A stretch of DNA of 61,708 bases, the filler included. It is 6 parts of 6 records of this genome, joined end to end, with 100 filler letters (N's around TTAATTAATTAA, not from the genome) between each part and the next. Parts side by side here need not be neighbours in the genome. Positions count along the whole stretch, not along the records: positions 36,581 to 43,366 come from SRR2962707_3098; positions 43,467 to 55,598 come from SRR2962707_3101; 4 more parts are not named here. One strand, written 5' to 3'. Below, in pieces: positions 39,301 to 49,739 of this stretch (within the stretch, counting starts at the first letter, position 1; every line of letters starts with the position of its first letter). The position numbers and the translations under genes are program-made. The notes beneath the pieces are model-generated. The model worked only from the letters and a program-made list of their open reading frames with translations, ran no database searches and was not told the DNA's origin.

Positions 39301-40608
39301 ATGGCAAAGAAACCGGTTACCACACGCAGCGGACGATTCTTCAGACTGGCAGGCATGACGGCGTCCGTGGCCGGTCAGTATGCCGGGCAGCGTGCGCGCC
39401 GGATATTCCGCAGCGAGGAAGACAACGAGGGCGCCCGCTCTGAGAGCTATACCCGCATGGCGGACCAGATTGTCGATACCCTGGGTGAGCTCAAGGGCGC
39501 GGTCATGAAAGTCGGCCAGATTGCCTCCCAGACCCAGGACTTTCTGCCCCGGGAATTCTCGGATGCCCTTGAGCGGCTTCAGAAAGAGGCTCCGCCCATG
39601 CCGTTCGAGGTAATTGTCGGTCAGGTGGAGAGCGAACTGGGCAAACCGGTGTCAGAACTGTTCGAATACCTGCAGGAAAAACCCTACGCAGCGGCGTCCA
39701 TCGGTCAGGTTCACCGGGCCCGCCTGCACGACGGCACCGATGTCATCGTCAAGGTTCAGTACCCCGGCGTGGACGAATCCTGCGACAGCGACCTGAAACA
39801 GCTACGAATGGCCCTGAAACTGGGCGGCCTGCTGAAAATGCCGAAAGAGCACGTCGACCAGCTGTTCGGCGAAATCCGGGTGCGGCTCAAAGAGGAACTG
39901 GATTACGAGAACGAGGCCCGCAACCTGAAGGAATTCCAGGCATTCCATGCCAGTGACGACTGGATCGAGATCCCGACCGTCTTTGCCAGCCACTCGTCCC
40001 GGCGGGTACTGACCATGGAGCTGGTGGAAGGCGACCATATCAGCGAGGTAACCCCCGCAAGATACGATCAGGACACCATCAACCTGATCGGGCACCGCAT
40101 CTTCACCATGATGGCGGACCAGCTTTTCCGCTACCAGTGCATCCATGGCGACCCCCACGCCGGCAATTTCGCCTACCGGCCCGATGGCACCATCATCCTT
40201 TATGACTTTGGTTGCGTGAAAAAGCTGAAGCCGGAAATCGTCGAGGCCTATCGCAACGCCCTGGTCTCCGCCCTGGAAGAGGATTACGCCGCCCTGGATC
40301 GCCACCTGATCGCCCTTGGTGCTCGCGTGGAATCACAGCCGGCGGTGGACGAAGCCTACTATGCCATGTGGCGGGACATTCTGATTCAGCCCTTTGACAG
40401 TGACACCCCCTACGACTTTGCCGAGTCTGAGTTGCACAAGGACGTCGCTGCAAAAACCACCACCGTGTTCAAGTACCTGGACTACTTCAAGCCGCCGGTA
40501 GAGAGCATCTTCATTGACCGAATGATTGCCGGCCATTACTGGATGATGAAGCGTTTGGGGGTGCAAGCAGCATTTCGGGAAGAACTCGAGGAGTATCTGG
40601 CGTTATAA
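39301..40608 (+). CDS. ABC1/AarF/UbiB family atypical kinase
   Basis: KVGQ, AAASIGQVHRA, VKVQYPG, HGDPHAGN, YDFG. Confidence 0.93.
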   Translation: MAKKPVTTRSGRFFRLAGMTASVAGQYAGQRARRIFRSEEDNEGARSESYTRMADQIVDTLGELKGAVMKVGQIASQTQDFLPREFSDALERLQKEAPPMPFEVIVGQVESELGKPVSELFEYLQEKPYAAASIGQVHRARLHDGTDVIVKVQYPGVDESCDSDLKQLRMALKLGGLLKMPKEHVDQLFGEIRVRLKEELDYENEARNLKEFQAFHASDDWIEIPTVFASHSSRRVLTMELVEGDHISEVTPARYDQDTINLIGHRIFTMMADQLFRYQCIHGDPHAGNFAYRPDGTIILYDFGCVKKLKPEIVEAYRNALVSALEEDYAALDRHLIALGARVESQPAVDEAYYAMWRDILIQPFDSDTPYDFAESELHKDVAAKTTTVFKYLDYFKPPVESIFIDRMIAGHYWMMKRLGVQAAFREELEEYLAL

Positions 40609-41283
40609 CCCCAGCCCCTTCATCCACTCCGCAACGCCCTCACCGGCGCCCTTGCGAATAACCTTCGCCCTCGAAAGGCTCGCCGGTTCACCAGGATCGA
40701 TGACCGTTACCGGCACATCGAAATTCACCAGATCCACCAGCCCGGCTGCGGGGTAGACTTGCAGGGACGTGCCCACAATCAGCAGATGATCTGCGGTGGG
40801 CACGATCTCCGCTGCGGCCTCGATCATCGGCACTTCCTCGCCGAACCATACGATGTGCGGCCGAAGCTGGGAGCCGCGATCACAGGTGTCTCCAGGCTGT
40901 ATGTCGTTGAATCCGATGTCGTAAATCAGTTCCGGATGCGTCGAACTGCGGGCTTTGGTGAGTTCGCCGTGCAGGTGTATAACATTGCTGGAGCCGCCCC
41001 GCTCATGCAGGTTGTCCACGTTCTGGGTAATGATCGTTACCCGGTAATGCTGCTCCAGTTCCGCCAGCAAGCGGTGGGCGTCATTTGGTTGTGCCGACTT
41101 CAACTGCCGCCGGCGTTCGTTGTAGAAGCGCAGCACCAGTTCCTGGTTTCGGGCAAAGGCTTCTGGCGTCGCCACATCATAGACACTGTGTTGTTCCCAC
41201 AGGCCGCCATTATCGCGAAACGTGGAGAGTCCGCTTTCGGCGCTCATACCGGCGCCGCTGAGCACAACGATGTGATCTTTCAT
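40603..41283 (-). CDS. cobB: NAD-dependent protein deacylase (sirtuin)
   Basis: GAGMSAESG, TQNVDNLHE, HLHG, LRPHIVWFGE, GTSLQVYPAA. Confidence 0.93.
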   Translation of the reverse strand: MKDHIVVLSGAGMSAESGLSTFRDNGGLWEQHSVYDVATPEAFARNQELVLRFYNERRRQLKSAQPNDAHRLLAELEQHYRVTIITQNVDNLHERGGSSNVIHLHGELTKARSSTHPELIYDIGFNDIQPGDTCDRGSQLRPHIVWFGEEVPMIEAAAEIVPTADHLLIVGTSLQVYPAAGLVDLVNFDVPVTVIDPGEPASLSRAKVIRKGAGEGVAEWMKGLGL

Positions 41284-41315
41284 ACAGCAACACTTTGATT
41301 GTCAGATGAATGTAG

Positions 41316-41822
41316 TCAGAACCAGCGCTTCTCCGGCCTGCGCCGTTTTTCCACCCTCAGCCCATGCCTCTCCAGGATAGCAACCAGTTCCTCGGTGTCA
41401 TCGATATTGAGGAAGGGTGCGAGGGAAATTTCCTCGCCCCGGAACTGCAGGTGAAGCTTTGGGGGAGTCCAGGGATGGCGTGGCATGTCCTGCCATACGC
41501 GGGTGTGGCGCCGGGGCAGCTCCCATTCCCGCTCCTTCTGGGTCAGGCCTTTTTCCAGGCGGATCAGCTCCGGTGCGAACGTGAGCACTTCGCGCCTCTG
41601 GCACTGACGGGAAGTGTAGTAGAACGCCGCCGCCAATGCGGTCAACTCAAGACCCGCGAACGGCAATACCGGCCATGCTCCGGCCAGTAGCATGCCAGTG
41701 GAAATAACCAGCGAAAGCAACACAGCCGCAAGCCAAATGCGGATATTGCCCCGCCAGTTCATGGACCGGTTGGGGGTCAGGAGAAAACAGTCGCCTTCAC
41801 ACTCGGAAAGCTGCTCTACCAT
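41316..41822 (-). CDS. DUF2244-like membrane protein
   Basis: LTPNRS, GAWPVLPFAGLE, two TM helices. Confidence 0.8.
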   Translation of the reverse strand: MVEQLSECEGDCFLLTPNRSMNWRGNIRIWLAAVLLSLVISTGMLLAGAWPVLPFAGLELTALAAAFYYTSRQCQRREVLTFAPELIRLEKGLTQKEREWELPRRHTRVWQDMPRHPWTPPKLHLQFRGEEISLAPFLNIDDTEELVAILERHGLRVEKRRRPEKRWF

Positions 41823-41866
41823 TCAGGTCGCTCCCAGGAGCCACCACCCGCATCGCCTGAACGCCT

Positions 41867-43270
41867 TCAGTCAAATATCTTGCCGGGGTTCATCACACCC
41901 TTGGGGTCGAACACCTGCTTGATGCCCCTCAGGTAGGCAATTTCAGCGGCGCTGCGCGTGTACTCCAGATACGGCTTCTTGGTCATGCCGACACCATGCT
42001 CGGCAGACACACTGCCCTGATAACGTTCGACAATCTCGAAGACCCATTTGTTCACCTGTTGGCATTTCTCAAAGAAATCCTCTTTGGCCAGGTCTTCCGG
42101 TTTGAGGATGTTCAGGTGCAAGTTGCCGTCGCCGATGTGGCCGAACCAGATAATCTCGAAATCCGGGTAGTGCTCGGTGACCACCGCGTCGATTTCCTGC
42201 AGGAACCCTGGCACCTTGGAAACCACCACAGAGATATCGTTCTTATACGGCGTACGCGGTGCAATGGACTCTGAAATGCGCTCCCGCAGTTGCCAAAGGT
42301 TCAGGGCCTGGGTTTCGCTCTGGCTGATAACGCCGTCCAGCACCCAGCCGTTTTCCACGCACTGTTCGAACAGCGCCATGGCATCGTCCATCACCTGGTC
42401 GGACACCGCCTCAAATTCCAGCAGCGCGTAGTACGGAGCCTCGGTTTCGAACGGCGCCTGCACCTGGCCATGGGCCAGTACATGCCCCATGGCCTGATGG
42501 GAGAAGAACTCGTAGGCGGTCAGATCGATCTGCTTCTGGAACGCCTGCAGCACGTCCATGGTGTTGGTCAGGTCGTTCAGGCCCAGCACCAGCACGGTCA
42601 GATTATCCGGCTTGCGAGAGAGCTTCATGGTGGCCTCGGTAATAAATCCGAGAGTGCCTTCCGCGCCGATAAACAGATGGCGCAGGTCGTACCCGGTGTT
42701 GTTCTTCGCCAGATCTTTGTTCAGATCGAGGATATCCCCCTTGCCGGTGACCACTTTCAGACCAGCCACCCAGTCCCGGCTCATGCCGTAGCGGATTACC
42801 TTGATACCACCGGCGTTGGTGGAGAGGTTGCCGCCAAGCTGGCTGGAACCGGCCGAGGCGAAATCCACGGGATAATACAAGCCGTTGTCTTCGGCGTAGG
42901 TCTGCAGTTGTTCCGTCACTACCCCGGCCTGACACTTCACGGTGCGATCGCTGGCGCTGAAGTCCAGAATCTGGTTCATGTTGTCAAACGCCACCACAAC
43001 CTCACCATTGGCCGCCACGGCTCCGGCACTCAGGCCGGTGCGCCCACCAGAAGGCACCAGAGCCACCTGGTTCTCGTTGGCAAACCTCACCAGCGCCTGC
43101 ACCTGTTCCGTCGTCTTGGGCAAAACAATGGCCACGGGCTTGGGTGGATAGATCTTCGTCCAGTCCTTGCCGTAATTTTCCAGGTCGGCCGCGTCAGTCA
43201 GCACTTTTCCGGGGGTCTGGCCCGCTTCCATCAGGGCTTTGAGGGAGGCAACGATCTGTTCAGGATTCAT
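41867..43270 (-). CDS. FAD-binding oxidoreductase, probable D-2-hydroxyglutarate dehydrogenase
   Basis: PSGGRTGLSAGA, GGNLSTNAGG, KNNTGYDL, FGHIGDGNLH, SAEHGVG. Confidence 0.88.
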   Translation of the reverse strand: MNPEQIVASLKALMEAGQTPGKVLTDAADLENYGKDWTKIYPPKPVAIVLPKTTEQVQALVRFANENQVALVPSGGRTGLSAGAVAANGEVVVAFDNMNQILDFSASDRTVKCQAGVVTEQLQTYAEDNGLYYPVDFASAGSSQLGGNLSTNAGGIKVIRYGMSRDWVAGLKVVTGKGDILDLNKDLAKNNTGYDLRHLFIGAEGTLGFITEATMKLSRKPDNLTVLVLGLNDLTNTMDVLQAFQKQIDLTAYEFFSHQAMGHVLAHGQVQAPFETEAPYYALLEFEAVSDQVMDDAMALFEQCVENGWVLDGVISQSETQALNLWQLRERISESIAPRTPYKNDISVVVSKVPGFLQEIDAVVTEHYPDFEIIWFGHIGDGNLHLNILKPEDLAKEDFFEKCQQVNKWVFEIVERYQGSVSAEHGVGMTKKPYLEYTRSAAEIAYLRGIKQVFDPKGVMNPGKIFD

Positions 43271-43366
43271 GGATAGTCCGGTCTCGCAAAGGGTTAATCA
43301 GGGCGCCGGTAGGCAGAGTTGATTCAGGTGGTCCGACGCGCTGTGAAAATCTGCGTTTATGGTATC

Positions 43367-43466
43367 NNNNNNNNNNNNNNNNNNNNNNNNNNNNNNNNNN
43401 NNNNNNNNNNTTAATTAATTAANNNNNNNNNNNNNNNNNNNNNNNNNNNNNNNNNNNNNNNNNNNN
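43367..43466. other. Artificial contig spacer
   Basis: N44-TTAATTAATTAA-N44. Confidence 0.99.
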
Positions 43467-43467
43467 C

Positions 43468-44181
43468 ATGTTGACCGGCTATGCCGATCTGCAATCGGCA
43501 CTTCTGGCCGTCAATGAATTGGGTGTCTTTCGGTTTTATCCAAAGCCGACCGCGCTTCTGACCATGCTTGAAGGCATTGAAGGCGAAATTGAAAGCCGGG
43601 CGGGTCAAAGCGAAGAAACACTGCCAACGGACTTTCTTGATCTTTTGGAACTGGGTGTCATCGCGGTTGATGACAGCCTTTCAATCTTGCATATGAATGC
43701 ACAGTCCGCTGAAATCATGCGGCGATCATCGCTTGTGCGGTCGGGCACACAAGGACGTCTGGTGGTTGATCCGGCACCGGAAGGACTAAACGCATTTTTA
43801 AACCCGCCCGCCAATCAGGCCCCGCGTGCACAGCAAAGCTTCTCGCTTGAACGTGATGAGGAAAAACTGTCGTTCTTGATCCGGCGCGTTCCGAAAAAGG
43901 CCGATGGCAAAACAACTTTTATGGTGATCCTTGTCGATCCGACCCAACAAAAACCACCGGCGATTGATGATTTGATGGATCTGTTTGGCCTGACCCGGTC
44001 AGAAGCAAAACTCACCCAGAAACTGGCCGAAGGACTGGCACTTGATCAGGCGGCCGAACTTGTTGGCATTTCACACAGTTCTGCGCGGACCTATCTGAAA
44101 ACCATCTTTGCCAAGACCGGTGTGAACCGGCAACCACAATTGATGAAAACGGTGCTTTCGGCGATTCCATCCCTGCGTTAA
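43468..44181 (+). CDS. 5'-truncated response regulator (receiver, PAS-like, LuxR-type HTH)
   Basis: MLTGYADL..AVN..FRFYPKP receiver end; FGLTRSEAKL..GISHSSARTYLKTIFAKTG HTH. Confidence 0.8.
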   Translation: MLTGYADLQSALLAVNELGVFRFYPKPTALLTMLEGIEGEIESRAGQSEETLPTDFLDLLELGVIAVDDSLSILHMNAQSAEIMRRSSLVRSGTQGRLVVDPAPEGLNAFLNPPANQAPRAQQSFSLERDEEKLSFLIRRVPKKADGKTTFMVILVDPTQQKPPAIDDLMDLFGLTRSEAKLTQKLAEGLALDQAAELVGISHSSARTYLKTIFAKTGVNRQPQLMKTVLSAIPSLR

Positions 44182-44301
44182 GCACATGAAAATCAATAAA
44201 AACAATCCACTATCCGACCAAAGATCAAAACATAATTGCTTGAAAAACACCCAGACTCCTCTACCCTGAGTTAATGTCATATTGAACGGGACATTGATGG
44301 T

Positions 44302-45039
44302 GTGGGGGCATCAGGGTTGGCTGGGGCAAAATTCAACGCAAATCAGACATCTGAGATTTTCCAACACGTCCTTAGTGGATATTCCCGATTTAATCGCCGC
44401 TTGAAATGCCTTTGCAGCCTAATGCTGGCCAGCGTTGCGATCATAATCCTGTCCCCGGCAATGCTGATCATTTCTGCCCTGCTGTTTGGGTTTGGGTTCA
44501 GCAACCCGATTTTCACCCAACAACGTGTTGGTCAGGACGGGCAGGTTTTCACCATCTTTAAATTCCGTACGCTGCGCGATCAAACCTGTCGACCGGTTTG
44601 CATTTTGCGGTCCTGCTTGGCCAAGGCTTTCACATTCGCGCTTCGGGTCAGTGGGTTTGATGAATTGCCGCAACTTTTCAATATTTTGCGCGGCGAGATG
44701 GCGCTGATCGGGCCACGCCCGCATAGCATTGCCGATCATGTCCTGTTTTCCACCAGCATACCCGGCTATGAAGCGCGTCTTTCGCTAAAGCCGGGCATGA
44801 CCGGCTGGGCGCAAATCTGTGGCTGGCGCGGGCCGGTTCGGACGTTTGAGCATCTTGATGCACGGGTCCGCCATGATCTTGTCTATATCAAGCATCGGAA
44901 TGCCGCGTTTGACGGGGCAATCGTTATCGCGACCGTGCTGCTTCCAATTTGGTCCGCCATCAAACGGATCAAACTGCCCCGCCAAACGGTCCGCGACCTG
45001 AAACATAATGCTCGCCAATGTGATGGACGGATCGCGTAA
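44302..45039 (+). CDS. Priming sugar transferase (polyprenyl glycosylphosphotransferase catalytic domain)
   Basis: FTQQRVG, FKFRT, DELPQLFNILRGEMALIGPRP, KPGMTGWAQI. Confidence 0.9.
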   Translation: MGASGLAGAKFNANQTSEIFQHVLSGYSRFNRRLKCLCSLMLASVAIIILSPAMLIISALLFGFGFSNPIFTQQRVGQDGQVFTIFKFRTLRDQTCRPVCILRSCLAKAFTFALRVSGFDELPQLFNILRGEMALIGPRPHSIADHVLFSTSIPGYEARLSLKPGMTGWAQICGWRGPVRTFEHLDARVRHDLVYIKHRNAAFDGAIVIATVLLPIWSAIKRIKLPRQTVRDLKHNARQCDGRIA

Positions 45040-46304
45040 TGCAGGGATCGGGCATATCAATGATCTGCGCGCGTCTTTTGCCTGTTTTGATGTTCTGTGC
45101 CGCAAATCTTCTTTGCCCAATCGCATCTGCCAATGCGCAAACCCGCCAACAGGCCACAAACAACACGATGCCGCCCGTGGATGAAACCGGCATTCGATTG
45201 GGGCGTTTCTTGCTTTCGCCGGCCATCACCAGCCGGGCGCAATATGACGACAACATCTTTCTGTCCGAAAACGGGGCAACATCCGATGTGATCACGACCA
45301 TTGCCCCGCGCCTGACCCTGCAGGGCGATTGGCGGGTGTTTCATCTTCATCTTGCTGCGGGTTCGGAATTGGGGTTTTTCGCCGATTCCGGTGAGGACGA
45401 TTATCAGGATATTGACCTGAAAGCTGCGGCAAGCCTTGATCTGGGATCCTCATCGATTGAAGGGGCGATTGACTGGAAACAATCCCATGATGCCCGTGGT
45501 GGCAATGATGTTCCGACCGAGGCAACCAAACCGGTGATTTATCGCGATGTCATTGGCCAGCTTGGCGGACGCTACGCGACAAATGACCTGCACTATGAAA
45601 CGTCACTTGCGATCCGGCGGCTTGAATTTGATGACAGCATCGCCCTTGATGGATCCGCGATCAGAAATGATGATCGTAACCGCATCGAAAGCCGCGAAAC
45701 AGTGCGGGCCCTTCTTCCGCTTGATCTTGGGCGCGAAGCATATGGCGAAATAACCCTAAACCAGCGCCACTATGACCGGGTGCCTGACGACACGGGTCTT
45801 ATCCGTGATTCCAGTGGTTTTCAGGCCCTTGGTGGGCTGCGCCTTGATCTGACCGATCTGATCAAGGGCGATCTTGCTGCGGGATGGATGAGCCAAAGCT
45901 ACGCCGACCCGGCCTTTGGCAACATCAATGATTATACCTTGCGCGCCGATATTGACTGGTCTGTCACCCGCCTGACGGACCTTACCTTTAGTGCATCACG
46001 GGCGGTGCGTGAGACCACGGTTACCGGTGCGAGTGGTATTGTCGGATTTGATATCGGGGCGGGCGTATCGCACGAATTGCGCCGTTGGCTTCAGATCGGT
46101 GCAAATGCCCATTACAGCGACGAAGAATTCCGCCAGACCACCCGGCGGGATCGCACAAGTCGCCTTGGCCTGAACATGTCCTATCACGTAAACCGCCATG
46201 CGTGGATTGAAGGCGCAATCAATCATGACCTGCGCCTTTCGAACAGCGCGGGCAACGATTATCGCCGTTTTCAAACCCGGATCAGCCTTAAGCTGGAGAT
46301 GTAA
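45039..46304 (+). CDS. EPS-associated outer-membrane beta-barrel protein
   Basis: Signal peptide, YDDNIF, SDVITTIAP, alternating beta-strand pattern; EPS context. Confidence 0.8.
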   Translation: MQGSGISMICARLLPVLMFCAANLLCPIASANAQTRQQATNNTMPPVDETGIRLGRFLLSPAITSRAQYDDNIFLSENGATSDVITTIAPRLTLQGDWRVFHLHLAAGSELGFFADSGEDDYQDIDLKAAASLDLGSSSIEGAIDWKQSHDARGGNDVPTEATKPVIYRDVIGQLGGRYATNDLHYETSLAIRRLEFDDSIALDGSAIRNDDRNRIESRETVRALLPLDLGREAYGEITLNQRHYDRVPDDTGLIRDSSGFQALGGLRLDLTDLIKGDLAAGWMSQSYADPAFGNINDYTLRADIDWSVTRLTDLTFSASRAVRETTVTGASGIVGFDIGAGVSHELRRWLQIGANAHYSDEEFRQTTRRDRTSRLGLNMSYHVNRHAWIEGAINHDLRLSNSAGNDYRRFQTRISLKLEM

Positions 46305-46871
46305 ATGACCATCGCCACCCCCAAATCATGTAACCGATCCAACCATTTTTTGGTCGTAACCTTGGCTGTGCTTTTCACCCTTGTGGTCTGGCCGGGACAT
46401 CTGATCGCGCAAACCATCTATTCGATTGATAGTGGCGATACGGTCCGCGTCACCGTTTTTGGCGAACCTGATTTATCGGGCGAGTTTACGGTTGATGCGC
46501 AAGGGCGGCTGAACCTTGCCCTGATCGGGCCGGTCGCTGTGCGGAATCTCACCGCGGATCAAACCCGTATCCTGATCCATGACGCTTATAAGGACGGCTA
46601 TTTGCGCCATCCCGATATTGCGGTCGAGATAATCGCATTTCGTCCCTTCTTCATTCTGGGCGAGGTCAATCAACCCGGCTCCTATAAATATGTGCCGGGC
46701 ATGAATGTTTTAAACGCCATTGCCGTTGGCGGGGGCATCACCTATCGCGGCGATGAAGACGATATCGAAATCCTGCGCGGCAACGACAATAACCGTGTTT
46801 CTCTTCCCGCCACCCTTGCCACCATTGTTATGCCCGGTGACATCGTGCGGATTGCCGAACGGTATTTCTGA
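46305..46871 (+). CDS. Short polysaccharide export protein (OPX/Wza family)
   Basis: GDTVRVTVFGEPDLSG, FILGEVNQPG, NAIAVGGG; 188 aa. Confidence 0.9.
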   Translation: MTIATPKSCNRSNHFLVVTLAVLFTLVVWPGHLIAQTIYSIDSGDTVRVTVFGEPDLSGEFTVDAQGRLNLALIGPVAVRNLTADQTRILIHDAYKDGYLRHPDIAVEIIAFRPFFILGEVNQPGSYKYVPGMNVLNAIAVGGGITYRGDEDDIEILRGNDNNRVSLPATLATIVMPGDIVRIAERYF

Positions 46872-46894
46872 TCAAGTTAATGTGCGCAAGCTGC

Positions 46895-48700
46895 CTAAGC
46901 CGCAGTCACAATCGCGGATCTGGCGACAAAATGATGTGCTGAAACCTGCTGTAAATCGGCGAAATCAGGTTGATAATCCAGACCATGTACCGGGCTTGGG
47001 ACTTCGCCGGTAATCAGGTTGAAATGTTGGCGGCGCTTTCTGGGATCGGGGATCGGAACTGCTGACATCAGCTTTTTCGTATAAGGATGCTGCGGGTTTT
47101 CAAAGACATCCTTACGCGGACCGATTTCAACGATCTGGCCCATATACATCACCGCAACGCGATGGCTGATCTGTTCGACCACCGCCATGTCATGGGAAAT
47201 GAACAGGTACGAAATCCCGCTTTCGGCCTGAAGTTCCCCCAACAAATCAAGAACCTGCGCCTGCACTGAGACATCAAGTGCCGACACAGACTCATCAGCA
47301 ATGATCACCTTGGGCGACAAACTCAATGCCCGCGCAATACACACGCGTTGGCGTTGCCCACCGGAAAATTCATGCGGATGACGGGACGCAGCATCGACCG
47401 GCAGCCCCACGCGATTAAACAGATATTCCACCCTATCATTAAGCTCCGCCCCCTTGGCCAATCCATGGATCACCAGCGGTTCAGCCACCAGTTCCCCAAC
47501 GGTCATGCGCGGATCAAGCGAAGCATACGGGTCTTGAAAAATCATTTGAAGATTACGGCGCACAGCCCGGGTTTGAAGTCGCGAGGTCGCATCAATTTCA
47601 CGTCCATCAATCAAAACTTCACCCTGCCACGGGATCAGGTTCATCAATGCCCGACCGGTCGTTGATTTGCCACATCCACTTTCACCAACAATCGAAAGCG
47701 TCTCACCCGCAAAGATATCAAAACTGACCTTTTCAACCGCATGAACGCGTTTTTGCACCCGCTGGAGCAAACCACCCTTGATATCAAACCGCACGGTTAA
47801 ATCGCGCACCGAAACAACCGGCTTGGCAGCCCCACGTTCAAGCGCCTTGCCATCTGTGCTTGCCGGTCCTTCGGTTCCGTTCATCGCACCAAGGCGCGGT
47901 ACAGCGGCCAAAAGATCACGGGTATAGGCATCAGAAGGTGCTTCAAAGACCTCAGTTACTGACCCACTTTCCACCGCCTTGCCCTGATTCATGACAATCA
48001 CCCGATCGGCCATTTCGGCAACAACGCCCATATCATGGGTAATCAGAATGATCGCGGTCCCGGTTTCGCGTTGAAGATCGCGCATCAGACCCAAAATCTG
48101 CGCCTGAATCGTAACATCAAGGGCCGTTGTTGGCTCATCCGCAATCAAAACATCCGGGTTACACGCCAATGCCATGGCAATCATCACGCGTTGGCGCATG
48201 CCGCCAGACAATTCATGCGGATATTGCGAAAGCCGCTTTTGCGGTTCGGAAATACGAACCTGTTTAAGAACATCAAGGGCACGGGCACGGACCTTGGCCG
48301 AGGACATCGGGTTATGCGTGGAAATCGCTTCGCCAAGCTGACGCCCGATGGTCAAAACCGGGTTAAGCGACGTCATCGGTTCCTGAAAAATCATGGCGAT
48401 CTTGTTGCCACGAATATCGCGCATCTTGCGTTCCGACAGCTCCAGCAAATCAGTCCCGTTAAGGCAAACCGACCCGCCCGCAACTTTGGCCATCGGTTCA
48501 GGCAAAAGACCCATGATCGACAAAGACGTCATGGATTTACCGCTGCCCGATTCGCCAGCAATGCACAGCGTCTCTCCGCGATAAAGATCAAAGCTCAGCC
48601 CATCAACCACGGTTTTCGGACCGGTTGATGTTGCGACCTGGGTTACCAGATCACGTACTTCAAGGATCTTTTCCACCGCTTTGCTGCCCTGTTCGGTCAT
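46895..48700 (-). CDS. Peptide/nickel-type ABC transporter, fused double ATPase
   Basis: Two Walker A motifs (GESGSGKS, GESGCGKS), LSGGMRQR and FSGGQRQR. Confidence 0.95.
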   Translation of the reverse strand: MTEQGSKAVEKILEVRDLVTQVATSTGPKTVVDGLSFDLYRGETLCIAGESGSGKSMTSLSIMGLLPEPMAKVAGGSVCLNGTDLLELSERKMRDIRGNKIAMIFQEPMTSLNPVLTIGRQLGEAISTHNPMSSAKVRARALDVLKQVRISEPQKRLSQYPHELSGGMRQRVMIAMALACNPDVLIADEPTTALDVTIQAQILGLMRDLQRETGTAIILITHDMGVVAEMADRVIVMNQGKAVESGSVTEVFEAPSDAYTRDLLAAVPRLGAMNGTEGPASTDGKALERGAAKPVVSVRDLTVRFDIKGGLLQRVQKRVHAVEKVSFDIFAGETLSIVGESGCGKSTTGRALMNLIPWQGEVLIDGREIDATSRLQTRAVRRNLQMIFQDPYASLDPRMTVGELVAEPLVIHGLAKGAELNDRVEYLFNRVGLPVDAASRHPHEFSGGQRQRVCIARALSLSPKVIIADESVSALDVSVQAQVLDLLGELQAESGISYLFISHDMAVVEQISHRVAVMYMGQIVEIGPRKDVFENPQHPYTKKLMSAVPIPDPRKRRQHFNLITGEVPSPVHGLDYQPDFADLQQVSAHHFVARSAIVTAA

Positions 48701-48750
48701 TTTGCCAACCCTGCGAAATTCTTTATTTCTTTGAATGACTTAAATAATGG

Positions 48751-48785
48751 TTCGGGGCAGCGCGACATCATCACCCTGCCCCGAA
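48751..48785. other. Intra-operon stem-loop
   Basis: TTCGGGGCAG...CTGCCCCGAA between the amidase and ATPase genes. Confidence 0.55.
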
Positions 48786-48792
48786 AAGATGC

Positions 48793-49737
48793 TTAGTCGA
48801 ACACGATGCGCGGGAAATAGAACGACACAACCCAGTTGGGCTGATCGACAATTTCACTGATGCGCAAATCGCCGCAAACAGAACACAGCATATAGGCATC
48901 AACCGCCGACATACCCTGTGTCTTGCACAACCAGTCAACCATACGACGCACGGCATCACGCGCACCGGTCATCAGATCATTGCTGATGCCGGTCGTGCAT
49001 TCATATCCCTTGCTGTCAAGGTGGCTGGTCACCGGACCCGGCGTTGTGAAATGCGGTGTTTCAAGCTGCGCATTCTTCACCAGGTCAAGGGTCACAGTGG
49101 CATTCATCGGGCTTTCGATTGCTGTCCCGCAAACTTCGCCATCACCTTGTGCGGCATGGGTATCCCCGATCGAGAACAACCCACCGGCAACTTCGACCGG
49201 AAGATAAAGTGTCGTTCCCGCAGCCAGATCACGGATATCAAGATTTCCGCCAACCCGGCGCGGCGGCACCACCGAATGCAAACCCGGTTCAGCCGGTGCA
49301 AGACCAATGGTCCCGGCAAACGGTTTTAGCGGCACTTTGCCGTATTTGGAAAACAGTGACGGGGCAAGCGTATCGGGATCATATTTCCAGATATGCAATG
49401 CCGGGTCTTCAAACATATCGGCCAAAAGGCCAAAGCCCGGAATATTGGCCGTCCAGCCAAATCCCGATGGTTTGAACCCTTCGATCGTAATTTTTACGGC
49501 ATCACCCGGTTCTGCCCCGTCAATAAAGACAGGACCTGTCACCGGATTGATTTTCGAGAAATCCAGTGCGGTCACATCCGCAACCGTACTGTTTTCATTG
49601 AACTGGCCTGCGGCACTGTCGACGCATTCAAATTCAATGGTGGTACCGGGCGCCACTGTCTTGGCGGGTGGGATCGAATGATCCCACCCGTGATGACAAT
49701 GCGCAGAGTGGATTGTGTAATCCGCACATTTGCACAT
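48793..49737 (-). CDS. Acetamidase/formamidase family protein
   Basis: NPVTGP..GAEPGD, GGNLDI, GDTHAAQGDGEVCGTAIE. Confidence 0.93.
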   Translation of the reverse strand: MCKCADYTIHSAHCHHGWDHSIPPAKTVAPGTTIEFECVDSAAGQFNENSTVADVTALDFSKINPVTGPVFIDGAEPGDAVKITIEGFKPSGFGWTANIPGFGLLADMFEDPALHIWKYDPDTLAPSLFSKYGKVPLKPFAGTIGLAPAEPGLHSVVPPRRVGGNLDIRDLAAGTTLYLPVEVAGGLFSIGDTHAAQGDGEVCGTAIESPMNATVTLDLVKNAQLETPHFTTPGPVTSHLDSKGYECTTGISNDLMTGARDAVRRMVDWLCKTQGMSAVDAYMLCSVCGDLRISEIVDQPNWVVSFYFPRIVFD

Positions 49738-49739
49738 GT

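Noticed and set aside
36665-43270. Novel pathway in the Marinobacter-like contig
   Set aside because: All are common housekeeping families, and permease plus apt is ordinary purine salvage
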